Of a DNA stretch of 64,000 bases, positions 42,131 to 50,129 are shown piece after piece (the stretch's first letter is position 1; each line of letters begins with the position of its first letter). The position numbers and the translations under genes were made by a program. Where the stretch lies: positions 1 through 64,000 of IMG/VR virus record IMGVR_UViG_3300044960_000113. The stretch is one strand, 5' to 3'. The notes beneath the pieces were generated by a model, which saw only the letters and a list, made by a program, of their open reading frames with translations, searched no databases and was not told the DNA's origin. The stretch is from a virus.

Positions 42131-42723
42131 TCCCAGATAAATTCTCCACCAATATTAATAAATGAATGGTCTGGTTCTGATTTAAAATTGTTATTTTTAC
42201 AAATAAAATCACGACCTACTTCTCTTGGTGCATCTTTCAATGATGTTAATTTATTATTTGAACAATTAAAATAACCACCTACTTCTCTTGGTCCACCTTG
42301 TAATGATATTAATTTATTACTATAACAATAAAAATTGCCATTTATTTCTCTTGGTGCACCTTGTAATGATGTTAATTGATTACGTGAACAATTAAAATAA
42401 CCACCCACTTCTCTTGGTCCACCTTCTAATGATTTTAATTGATTATGATAACAATCAAAATTACCACCCACTTCTCTAGGTGCACCTAGTAATGATTTTA
42501 ATTGACTAAGTGAACAATCAAAAAAACCATCTACTTCACCGAATTGAACTGGTATATATGTTAATCTTTTATTAGAAATATTAACATCACCATTAACATC
42601 AACTATACCATTATCATGAATGGTATAATTTTTAATGTTCATCGGTTTTAACCAATTCTCAATATCTGATTTATCGGTTAAGAATTGTTGTTCTTCTTTT
42701 AAAAATAGTTCTTGTAGTTTCAT
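42127..42723 (-). CDS. LRR-like repeat protein, 5 repeats (first of main array)
   Basis: family architecture. Confidence 0.9.
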   Translation of the reverse strand: MKLQELFLKEEQQFLTDKSDIENWLKPMNIKNYTIHDNGIVDVNGDVNISNKRLTYIPVQFGEVDGFFDCSLSQLKSLLGAPREVGGNFDCYHNQLKSLEGGPREVGGYFNCSRNQLTSLQGAPREINGNFYCYSNKLISLQGGPREVGGYFNCSNNKLTSLKDAPREVGRDFICKNNNFKSEPDHSFINIGGEFIWE

Positions 42724-42724
42724 T

Positions 42725-43087
42725 TTAATCTTGTTTTCTTAAAACATATTTAATCCATTCTAATGTATTCATTGAATGACATTGTTGAGGAGTGTCATAT
42801 AATTCAGCAGATGCCATTTGATTATATAACCATTCAGCTAAATTTACTTGATATGATGGATCTAAATCTCTAATAGTTTCAAAAATTTCTTTTGGTGCTG
42901 GATGTTCACGTAGATATCTAACTTTATCTGGTGTCTTATAACGTAACATTTCTACTAAGTTAGCCATTAACACAGTCTGAGCATTATCTGTTATTTTCCC
43001 AGATTTAATGACGTTTTTTAACATCATAAAAATTTCAATAGGAACAAGTCCTTCATTAAGTATTGGTTTAATTTCATTAAGTTTCAT
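42725..43087 (-). CDS. hypothetical protein with CTS-like leader, heads the LRR operon
   Basis: MKLNEIKPILNE|G N-terminus; AAGGA SD. Confidence 0.7.
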   Translation of the reverse strand: MKLNEIKPILNEGLVPIEIFMMLKNVIKSGKITDNAQTVLMANLVEMLRYKTPDKVRYLREHPAPKEIFETIRDLDPSYQVNLAEWLYNQMASAELYDTPQQCHSMNTLEWIKYVLRKQD

Positions 43088-43122
43088 AATAAATTTCCTT
43101 ATAAAATATATATTAAAATTGA

Positions 43123-43138
43123 TATAAATATATTTATA
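43123..43138. promoter_or_regulatory. back-to-back late-promoter motifs TATAAATA/TATTTATA between divergent genes
   Basis: perfect 16-bp palindrome between 43087(-) and 43168(+). Confidence 0.55.
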
Positions 43139-43167
43139 CTAAAAACATAAATGTATGAGGTAATAAA

Positions 43168-43362
43168 ATGATAGTAGACGATGAAATAAAACAAGTTAAT
43201 CCAAGTAAATGGGAATCAATGACGTTTTCAGAATTATTAGAAGAAAAAAATATTCTTATGGATAGATATTATTATGCTTTATCTATAAATGCTAATTATG
43301 CTAAAGCAATTCTTAATGGAATAGATAGAATAAACAGTTATTTAGATAAATTTTCTAAATAA
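43168..43362 (+). CDS. small hypothetical protein
   Basis: GAGGT SD, intergenic position, promoter motif upstream. Confidence 0.7.
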   Translation: MIVDDEIKQVNPSKWESMTFSELLEEKNILMDRYYYALSINANYAKAILNGIDRINSYLDKFSK

Positions 43363-43363
43363 T

Positions 43364-43966
43364 CTATTTTTTATTCATAACAAAATAATCAGAAACTATA
43401 TCACAAAGACCATATTTCTTTGCTTCGTTAGCATTTAACCATCTATCAGATGGTGAAAATAATATATCTTTTATTTGTTTTTCGGTCATTGTAGAATGTT
43501 TTTTAAAATGATCTAAAAATTGTTTTTCTAATCTTTCATGAAAACGTTGAGTTGCTACTAAATCATGATATTTACCATGAATAAAACCATGGAATTGATG
43601 AGCCATAATTTCAGTATTTTTTGTTAATATTCTTTTTCCTTTAGTTCCAGCACTAGTAATTAATAATCCCATTGATGCAACTAAACCAATACCAACTGTT
43701 TGAACATCTAATCTAGACGTTGCCATTGCGTCTATAATACACCAACCATCTGAAACTGTTCCACCAGGACTATTTACAAATAATGTTAAGTCTTGTGAGG
43801 AATCAAAAAGTAAATTCGCCTTAATAATAAATTCAACTGCTGCACAACTTTTATCTTCATCTATTTCACCAAATAACATATGAGATCCTAAAGATCCCAA
43901 ACTTATCATATCAAATGGAAGCGTCTGTTGATCTTGCTGAATTTCAATATGGTTATTTTTTATCAT
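43364..43966 (-). CDS. clpP: ClpP-like serine protease subunit
   Basis: LFVNSPGG, VASMG (Ser), MAHQ (His), DRWLNANEAKKYGLCD (Asp). Confidence 0.92.
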   Translation of the reverse strand: MIKNNHIEIQQDQQTLPFDMISLGSLGSHMLFGEIDEDKSCAAVEFIIKANLLFDSSQDLTLFVNSPGGTVSDGWCIIDAMATSRLDVQTVGIGLVASMGLLITSAGTKGKRILTKNTEIMAHQFHGFIHGKYHDLVATQRFHERLEKQFLDHFKKHSTMTEKQIKDILFSPSDRWLNANEAKKYGLCDIVSDYFVMNKK

Positions 43967-44012
43967 TATTGTTCCTAAAAGAATAAAAATTTTGTTAATA
44001 AATTAATAAATA

Positions 44013-44020
44013 TATAAATA
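44013..44020 (+). promoter_or_regulatory. T4-type late promoter motif TATAAATA upstream of nucleotidyltransferase
   Basis: exact motif 25 nt upstream of ATG 44046. Confidence 0.5.
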
Positions 44021-44045
44021 TAACGTTATTATTATTTATTTAATC

Positions 44046-44819
44046 ATGAAAACTGGATTTAAAGAATTTTTAATTCTAGAATTAGATTATAATAATTTAG
44101 ATACTAAAATTGATTATCATAAAACACTAAATATTAAACTCTGGGATAATCCCGAAAAACCCAGTGATGCTAAACTTAAAAATGATGTAAAATATGCTTT
44201 AAATAATATAGCTAATGAGTTTATAGAATTTTTAGAAATTCCTAAACAAGATGTTAAAGATATTATTATAACTGGTTCTAATGCTAGTTTTAATTATGTA
44301 GAAGGTTTATCTGACATTGATTTACATATAATAGTTGATTTTTCAAAAAATAATATATGCACAGATTGTAAAACAGAGTTTGTTAATTCTTGTTTTCAAG
44401 CTAAAAAATCACTGTGGAATTCAACACATAATATAACAGTAAAAGATCAACCTGTAGAATTATATGTTCAAGATGCAAATGAACCACATATTGCATCTGG
44501 AGTATGGAGTTTAAAACAAGATAACTGGCTTATAGTACCACAATATGTTCATCCAACATATGATACGACAGCAGTTAAAATTAAAGCATCTGAAATTATG
44601 AATCAAATTGATGACTTAATTTCAAGTCAATCTGATGATATAACAAGTTTTGAAAAATTAAAAGAAAAAATACGTACGATGAGGAAGACTGGATTATATT
44701 CTGGTGGTGAATATTCAATAGAAAATTTAGTGTTTAAAACACTCAGAAATAATGGATATTTAGAAAAGCTCTCGTCCTATCTCATTAAGATCAAGGACAA
44801 GAGCTTAAGTTTAGATTAA
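44046..44819 (+). CDS. DNA pol beta-superfamily nucleotidyltransferase with CTS-like leader
   Basis: IITGSNASFNY...SDIDLH, PVELYVQD; N-terminus MKTGFKEFLILE. Confidence 0.8.
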   Translation: MKTGFKEFLILELDYNNLDTKIDYHKTLNIKLWDNPEKPSDAKLKNDVKYALNNIANEFIEFLEIPKQDVKDIIITGSNASFNYVEGLSDIDLHIIVDFSKNNICTDCKTEFVNSCFQAKKSLWNSTHNITVKDQPVELYVQDANEPHIASGVWSLKQDNWLIVPQYVHPTYDTTAVKIKASEIMNQIDDLISSQSDDITSFEKLKEKIRTMRKTGLYSGGEYSIENLVFKTLRNNGYLEKLSSYLIKIKDKSLSLD

Positions 44820-44820
44820 T

Positions 44821-45348
44821 TTATTTTTTTATTGTATTATCAATATCGACAGGTTTTTCTAATTTATCAATAAGTCTATTATATTCTCTCATAATAGCAG
44901 CATCTCTTAAACCAACATATAAAGAACTTACAATAAGAAACGGTATACCCCATTTAAAAAATGCTTCAAATATTGCTAAATATGTAAAAGTATCTATCAT
45001 TTTATCACTAAACCATAAATAATATTTACCTTCTGATATAATTAAAAATCCTAAGAAACTTACCCCAATTCCTATAACACATGCAGCTAATGACATTTGA
45101 TGTAAACTTTCATCTTTTTTTCCAACTTTAAGCATAATAGTATATGCTAACCAATAATAAAAAAATCCCAGTGATAAAAACGCAAAACCTGTTTCAAGTA
45201 AAATAAATCCTTCCCACGTCTTGTGTTTTAATACACAGAATAACAATGAAAGTAATAAAAAAATTAGGAAACAATTAAGAGATATTTCATAAAATACAGA
45301 AATAAATGGATCTTTTCTATATTCATAATAACCATCATAATCAGACAT
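44821..45348 (-). CDS. multi-pass membrane protein
   Basis: four hydrophobic segments; GGAGG SD. Confidence 0.75.
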   Translation of the reverse strand: MSDYDGYYEYRKDPFISVFYEISLNCFLIFLLLSLLFCVLKHKTWEGFILLETGFAFLSLGFFYYWLAYTIMLKVGKKDESLHQMSLAACVIGIGVSFLGFLIISEGKYYLWFSDKMIDTFTYLAIFEAFFKWGIPFLIVSSLYVGLRDAAIMREYNRLIDKLEKPVDIDNTIKK

Positions 45349-45409
45349 ATATTATCCTCCTATTGGTGTGTTGAAAAACGATCTTTACTTAAAAAACTTT
45401 TACATAACA

Positions 45410-46516
45410 TTAAATCTGCTCAAGAGAATATTCATGTAGATAATTTTTTTTAAAAAATGAAACATAATCTATATCTGCTGTTAAATATCTTTTCATTAAT
45501 AAACTGAACATATCTGAATTTTTAAACTTTATCGCAAAATCTTTTCTAGATAAATGTGCATTTTCCTTAAACATTTTTTCAACTGCATCAGATATTTGTA
45601 AAATTTTCATCTTAACATCATGTTCAATTTTATTAATCTTTTCAAGTTGTAAAACATCATCAATCATACTTTTTATATCATCTATTTTTTCATCTAATAC
45701 TAATTCTGCAATATCACGCTCTCGTAAAAATACAATAGTTTTATGTAATTCTAAATACCATTTAGATTTTGCTTTAACCATATTACCATCAGCAAACTGG
45801 AAAATATAGCCTTCGATACCTTCAACAGTTTCAAGATTTTTAACAAGTTCTTGATTAGTCATTTCACTATTGACTTGATCAATAAGCTCAATATTGAACT
45901 TCGAAATTAAGTTATGAACAAATTCTTCTTCTTCGATATCCATACCAGCAAGAAAATACTTGCCAGAATACGTATTACGAACATGAAGAAGTTTCATCTG
46001 TGGTTCAGAACCATAATTTATAACAATTCGTGAGTTTGGCGCAGTATACTCAAAAGTTGGGGTCAGACCTGCTTTAAGTAAACTGTCTGAGAATTGATAA
46101 TAGTTTTTATTAACATCAGCAAACTTGTTAGCAGCTAATGCAACGTCAGACGTAAATGACTTTTTGGACTTAAAACAGACGTTTCCATCGACTAGGACTG
46201 GATGGACCATTGAACCATCTCGTTTGTCTAGAGTAGCTACGATTTTATTCCAATCAAGATTTTCTAAACGAGTTTCTTCACATTCACCAATGTTAAAAAA
46301 TTTATGAAGTGGTCGGCTTACAATATTGCCATTTCTATCAAAAGTAATACCACGACATTCCCGTGCCCACCAAGCATTCTCACCGTGGAATGTATCTTTA
46401 TCTGAAATCATGTAGCAAACGACAGTAAAGCCGTTTTCTTGTTCCATGAATCGAATTTCTTTCATATGACCAACTTTTTCTTTAAGTTGGTCAATATGTT
46501 GTATATATGGAAACAT
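45410..46516 (-). CDS. rnlA: RNA ligase 1 (T4 Rnl1/RnlA-like)
   Basis: RECRGITF, RPLHKFFN, KRDGS (motif I), TFEY, EGYI, KAKSKWY. Confidence 0.9.
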   Translation of the reverse strand: MFPYIQHIDQLKEKVGHMKEIRFMEQENGFTVVCYMISDKDTFHGENAWWARECRGITFDRNGNIVSRPLHKFFNIGECEETRLENLDWNKIVATLDKRDGSMVHPVLVDGNVCFKSKKSFTSDVALAANKFADVNKNYYQFSDSLLKAGLTPTFEYTAPNSRIVINYGSEPQMKLLHVRNTYSGKYFLAGMDIEEEEFVHNLISKFNIELIDQVNSEMTNQELVKNLETVEGIEGYIFQFADGNMVKAKSKWYLELHKTIVFLRERDIAELVLDEKIDDIKSMIDDVLQLEKINKIEHDVKMKILQISDAVEKMFKENAHLSRKDFAIKFKNSDMFSLLMKRYLTADIDYVSFFKKNYLHEYSLEQI

Positions 46517-46544
46517 CAATATTCCTTTATTACTTAACAGGAAT

Positions 46545-46573
46545 ATTATAACACAATTTTAATAATTTGTAAA
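46545..46573 (-). promoter_or_regulatory. sigma70-type (early) promoter for rnlA
   Basis: TTTACA-17 nt-TATAAT with TG extended -10, about 30 nt upstream of SD/ATG. Confidence 0.7.
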
Positions 46574-46580
46574 CTATTGA

Positions 46581-46730
46581 TTATTTGACTAATAGAAAAA
46601 CTATTAATCCTAAATTTATGATATTTAATGTTAAACTTAATAAAATAAGTTTATTTTGTTTTTTATCTACTTTATTAACTAATTCGTCAAATTCTTGACG
46701 TTGAACTGCGTTATTTGATAATACTCTCAT
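46581..46730 (-). CDS. 49-aa protein with C-terminal TM helix (not in ORF track)
   Basis: AAGGA SD; MRVLSNNAVQRQEFDELVNKVDKKQNKLILLSLTLNIINLGLIVFLLVK. Confidence 0.65.
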   Translation of the reverse strand: MRVLSNNAVQRQEFDELVNKVDKKQNKLILLSLTLNIINLGLIVFLLVK

Positions 46731-46782
46731 AGTTTTATTCCTTATATTTTATAAAATTAAAATTTATATTCTTAAAACAGTT

Positions 46783-47388
46783 TCATTCCCAGATAAAACT
46801 TCCACCAATATTAATAAATGAATGGTCTGGTTCTGACTTAAAAAAATTGTTTGAACAGTTAAAATTGCCACTCACTTCTTTTGGCCCATCTTGTAACGAT
46901 GTCAGTTTATTATATGCACAATCAAAATCACCATTTATCTCTTTTGGCACACCTTGTAATGATGTTAATTGATTATTTGAACAATCAAAATCACCATGAA
47001 TTTCTTTTGGTGCACCTTGTAATGATGTTAATTGATTATGATAACAATAAAAACTACCACCAACTTCTCTTGGTCCGCCTTGTAATGATGTTAATTCATT
47101 AAATGAACAATCAAAATCACCACCAACTTCTTTTGGCGCACCTTGTAATGATGTTAATTTATTATTATCATAACAATCAAAATCACCATCTACTTCACCA
47201 AATTGAACTGGTATATGTGTCAAATTGTTATAAGAAATATAAACACTACCACTAACATCAACTACACCATTTTCATGAATGGTATAATTTTTAATTTTCA
47301 TTTCTTTTAACCAATTCTCAATATCTGATTTATCAGTCAAGAATTTATGTTGTTGTTCTTCTTTTAAAAATAGTTCTTGTAATTTCAT
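46783..47388 (-). CDS. LRR-like repeat protein, 5 repeats (second cluster)
   Basis: family architecture. Confidence 0.9.
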   Translation of the reverse strand: MKLQELFLKEEQQHKFLTDKSDIENWLKEMKIKNYTIHENGVVDVSGSVYISYNNLTHIPVQFGEVDGDFDCYDNNKLTSLQGAPKEVGGDFDCSFNELTSLQGGPREVGGSFYCYHNQLTSLQGAPKEIHGDFDCSNNQLTSLQGVPKEINGDFDCAYNKLTSLQDGPKEVSGNFNCSNNFFKSEPDHSFINIGGSFIWE

Positions 47389-48224
47389 TTCCAGATAAAA
47401 TCTCCACCAATATTAATAAATGAATGGTCTGGTTCTGATTTAAAATTATTACGTTTACAGTCAAAATTTCCACCAACTTCTCTTGGTGCATGTTTTAATG
47501 ATGTCAAATTATTATATGAACAAATAAAATCACCACCAACTTCTTCTGGACCACCTAATAATGATTCTAATTTATTTCCTGAGCAATTAAAAATATTACC
47601 AATTTTTTTTGGAGCTCCATTTAACGTTACTAAATCATTATTATAACAATTAAAATTGTTACCTACTTCTTTAGGTCCACCTTCTAATGTTGTTAAATTA
47701 TTATTGTAACAATTAAAACTACCATCTATTTTTAATGGTGATCCTTTTAATGATGTTAATTTGTTTCCATAACACGTAAAATTATTTCCAATTTCTTTTG
47801 GTCCATCTAATAATGATGTTAATTGATTATTTGAACAATCAAAACTACCACCTATTTCTATTGGTGCACCACGTAATGTTGTTAATTCATTATTTGAACA
47901 ATCAAAATATCCATTTATTTCTCTTGGTGCACCTTGTAATGACGTTAATCTATTATATGCACAATAAAAATCACCACCCACTTCTTTTGGTGATCCTCGT
48001 AATGATGTTAACATATTTTCGTAACAATAAAAATTTTCACTTATTGAACCAAATTGTACCGGTATATATGTTAAATTTTTATTAGAAATATCAACAATTC
48101 CATCTACATCAACTATACCATTATTATTAATAGTATAATTTTTTATTCTCATTTCTATTAACCAGTTCTCTATTTTATTTTTATCGGTTAAAAAATTATG
48201 TTCAAATAAGTCACTTAATTTCAT
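47385..48224 (-). CDS. LRR-like repeat protein, 9 repeats, most divergent copy
   Basis: MKLSDLFE leader; same repeats and C-cap. Confidence 0.9.
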   Translation of the reverse strand: MKLSDLFEHNFLTDKNKIENWLIEMRIKNYTINNNGIVDVDGIVDISNKNLTYIPVQFGSISENFYCYENMLTSLRGSPKEVGGDFYCAYNRLTSLQGAPREINGYFDCSNNELTTLRGAPIEIGGSFDCSNNQLTSLLDGPKEIGNNFTCYGNKLTSLKGSPLKIDGSFNCYNNNLTTLEGGPKEVGNNFNCYNNDLVTLNGAPKKIGNIFNCSGNKLESLLGGPEEVGGDFICSYNNLTSLKHAPREVGGNFDCKRNNFKSEPDHSFINIGGDFIWK

Positions 48225-48430
48225 GATATAAATTGTTTAAACGTAATTTTTGATGATTCTTTTATTCCAAGTTTATGTTGGACTATTTTATTAACATATG
48301 CCCAAAAAGATGGTGATTCATTTTTAAATTTTTCTTTAACTTCTTTTTTTGTTTCATCCCATATTTTTTCTACTTCTTTTTCTGATTTTCCAGATTTTTT
48401 AGAAAAAGACTTAATTAATGGTGTTGGCAT
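48221..48430 (-). CDS. small basic protein, possibly ChaB-like
   Basis: MPTP..K...KKSGKSEKEVEKIWDETK..FWAYV pattern. Confidence 0.55.
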   Translation of the reverse strand: MPTPLIKSFSKKSGKSEKEVEKIWDETKKEVKEKFKNESPSFWAYVNKIVQHKLGIKESSKITFKQFIS

Positions 48431-48441
48431 ATTATTTTACC

Positions 48442-49128
48442 TCATTTGTAAACAATATTTTTTTTAATTAATCTAAATACTGGTTGTATTATTGGTTGTT
48501 CTTTGATTTGTAAATTTTTGTCTGATAAATTAATATCTTCAATTATCATTATATCTTTTAATGGTTTATTATTAATTTTTTGTTGTATTTTTTTAGATTT
48601 ATTATCATTAAATGGTTTTAATTTATATGATTTTTTATTTTTAATTTTTTCTTCTTTAATAATATTATTATTAATAGATTTTTCAATATCCATTAATAAA
48701 GATTTAACTTCTTTTTTAATATTTTCTTCTACTTGTCTGACATCAATAGGTTTATTTTCTTCAGGTTTATTTTCTTCAGGTTTATTTTCTTCAGGTTTAT
48801 TTTCTTCAGGTTTATTTTCTTCAGGTTTATTTTCTGGTTTTGAGTCAAGTAAAGTAATTTCTCTATTATATGGGATAAATGTTCTACCATTAACAACAAT
48901 TTCTATAGAACACATTACTGGTGTTGAAATATATTGAAGTAAACCTGTTAATTGTGGAATTTCAGCAATCCATTCGTTTTCTGTTGTTCCTTTTTTTGCG
49001 GTAAAACATAATCTTTTCTCATCATTTCCAATAAAAACTCTAACTTTTGATGGGAGTGATGATGTCCCAATTATACCAACATCAAAAGTGATTAAATTAT
49101 TTTCATTTATGTTTAAAACTAAACTCAT
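48442..49128 (-). CDS. hypothetical protein with PEENK repeat linker
   Basis: beta-rich N-domain, (PEENK)5, basic C-terminus. Confidence 0.7.
   Translation of the reverse strand: MSLVLNINENNLITFDVGIIGTSSLPSKVRVFIGNDEKRLCFTAKKGTTENEWIAEIPQLTGLLQYISTPVMCSIEIVVNGRTFIPYNREITLLDSKPENKPEENKPEENKPEENKPEENKPEENKPIDVRQVEENIKKEVKSLLMDIEKSINNNIIKEEKIKNKKSYKLKPFNDNKSKKIQQKINNKPLKDIMIIEDINLSDKNLQIKEQPIIQPVFRLIKKNIVYK
48749..48835. repeat. 15-bp tandem repeat GGTTTATTTTCTTCA x5 plus partial copy
   Basis: directly visible. Confidence 0.95.
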
Positions 49129-49463
49129 TTTTTAACTCGTAAATTATTAATATTTACAGAAATTTGAAATTCATGAATATCTATATTATTTATATAAACA
49201 ATTGAACCTACGTCTAATGGAATATTTTCCTGTGTTTCTGTAAATCTGTCACCTAATAAATCTAACGTTACAGTAACATATGGTTGTTCTAAATTAATAA
49301 ATAAGTCATCATCTGTTTCATCTATATTTCTATAAAATCTTCTATAAATTGATGGTGGTATGTTTCTAATATGACCTTTTTGTAATGGTACAATAATTAT
49401 CGCAGATAATTTACATCTACCATTTATTGTTTGTTTATTTATTGAACATGCATTAATAGGCAT
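49125..49463 (-). CDS. hypothetical protein
   Basis: 112-aa ORF in structural operon. Confidence 0.65.
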   Translation of the reverse strand: MPINACSINKQTINGRCKLSAIIIVPLQKGHIRNIPPSIYRRFYRNIDETDDDLFINLEQPYVTVTLDLLGDRFTETQENIPLDVGSIVYINNIDIHEFQISVNINNLRVKK

Positions 49464-49472
49464 ATAAATAAA

Positions 49473-50093
49473 TTATCTTTTTATTTCATAAACAACTTCA
49501 AAGTCAGAACAATCTCTAAACATTTGAGGATGTAAATTTTTATACTTTTTAATAAGTTTTTCGAAATTCGCAAATTTTGTATTATAGTCTGGTAAAGCTT
49601 GAAGTGAAATTCTCACTAATTCTACACAACTTAATTCTTTATCTGATTTTAAATCAAACAATGTATCATATGGTTTTCCTAATTCTGTTCTAGCTTTATC
49701 CATTATTTCTGTCCATTCTGTTAATGTTAATCCTTTCGGTTTTAATAACGCAACAGAATGACAATTAAATACTTGATCAAATGGAGTATAATGAACACCT
49801 ATTCCAGTTGCTTCTATTAATCTAAAATCTTTTTCTTCTGTAACTTCATTTTCTAAATTCATCAATGCATGAGAATAATAACCAAATTTTCCTGTCATCA
49901 AAAAATATAAAAATGATATTAAATATGTTGATAAATGATTATTTCTTCTTGTAAGTATAATATAATAATCTGGTGTTAATAATTTAATTATATTTTCTTT
50001 ATCTTCTTGTGTTAATCCACCCTTTTGTTTCCAATGTATTTTTCCAAGAAATAATGTTAATGATTTTCTTAATTTTTCAATTTTTTTCAACAT
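49473..50093 (-). CDS. permuted papain-like (NlpC/P60, YiiX/YaeF-type) amidase
   Basis: YSHAL (His), LIEATGIGV, GKPYD..F, ELSCVELV (Cys); start reassigned to ATG 50093 behind GAGGAG. Confidence 0.8.
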   Translation of the reverse strand: MLKKIEKLRKSLTLFLGKIHWKQKGGLTQEDKENIIKLLTPDYYIILTRRNNHLSTYLISFLYFLMTGKFGYYSHALMNLENEVTEEKDFRLIEATGIGVHYTPFDQVFNCHSVALLKPKGLTLTEWTEIMDKARTELGKPYDTLFDLKSDKELSCVELVRISLQALPDYNTKFANFEKLIKKYKNLHPQMFRDCSDFEVVYEIKR

Positions 50094-50129
50094 ATTTTTC
50101 TCCTCAAATTTCAAAAATCATTGATATCA

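Larger units (their letters stand above)
33750..42723 (-). repeat. tandem array of 12 paralogous LRR-like genes built from a 63-bp (21-aa) repeat
   Basis: consensus CxxNxLTSLxGAPxEVGGxFx; consecutive genes joined by ATGA stop/start overlaps. Confidence 0.95.

Noticed and set aside
33750-42723. Regular 63-bp repeats as a CRISPR array
   Set aside because: The repeats are contiguous, in frame and degenerate at the codon level, with no unique spacers and no cas operon; the Cas4-like nuclease is 30 kb away and lacks Fe-S cysteines
33964-48085. Plus-strand ORFs within the LRR genes (MVHLVMMLIDY... etc.)
   Set aside because: They are antisense by-products of the repetitive coding strand, without SDs
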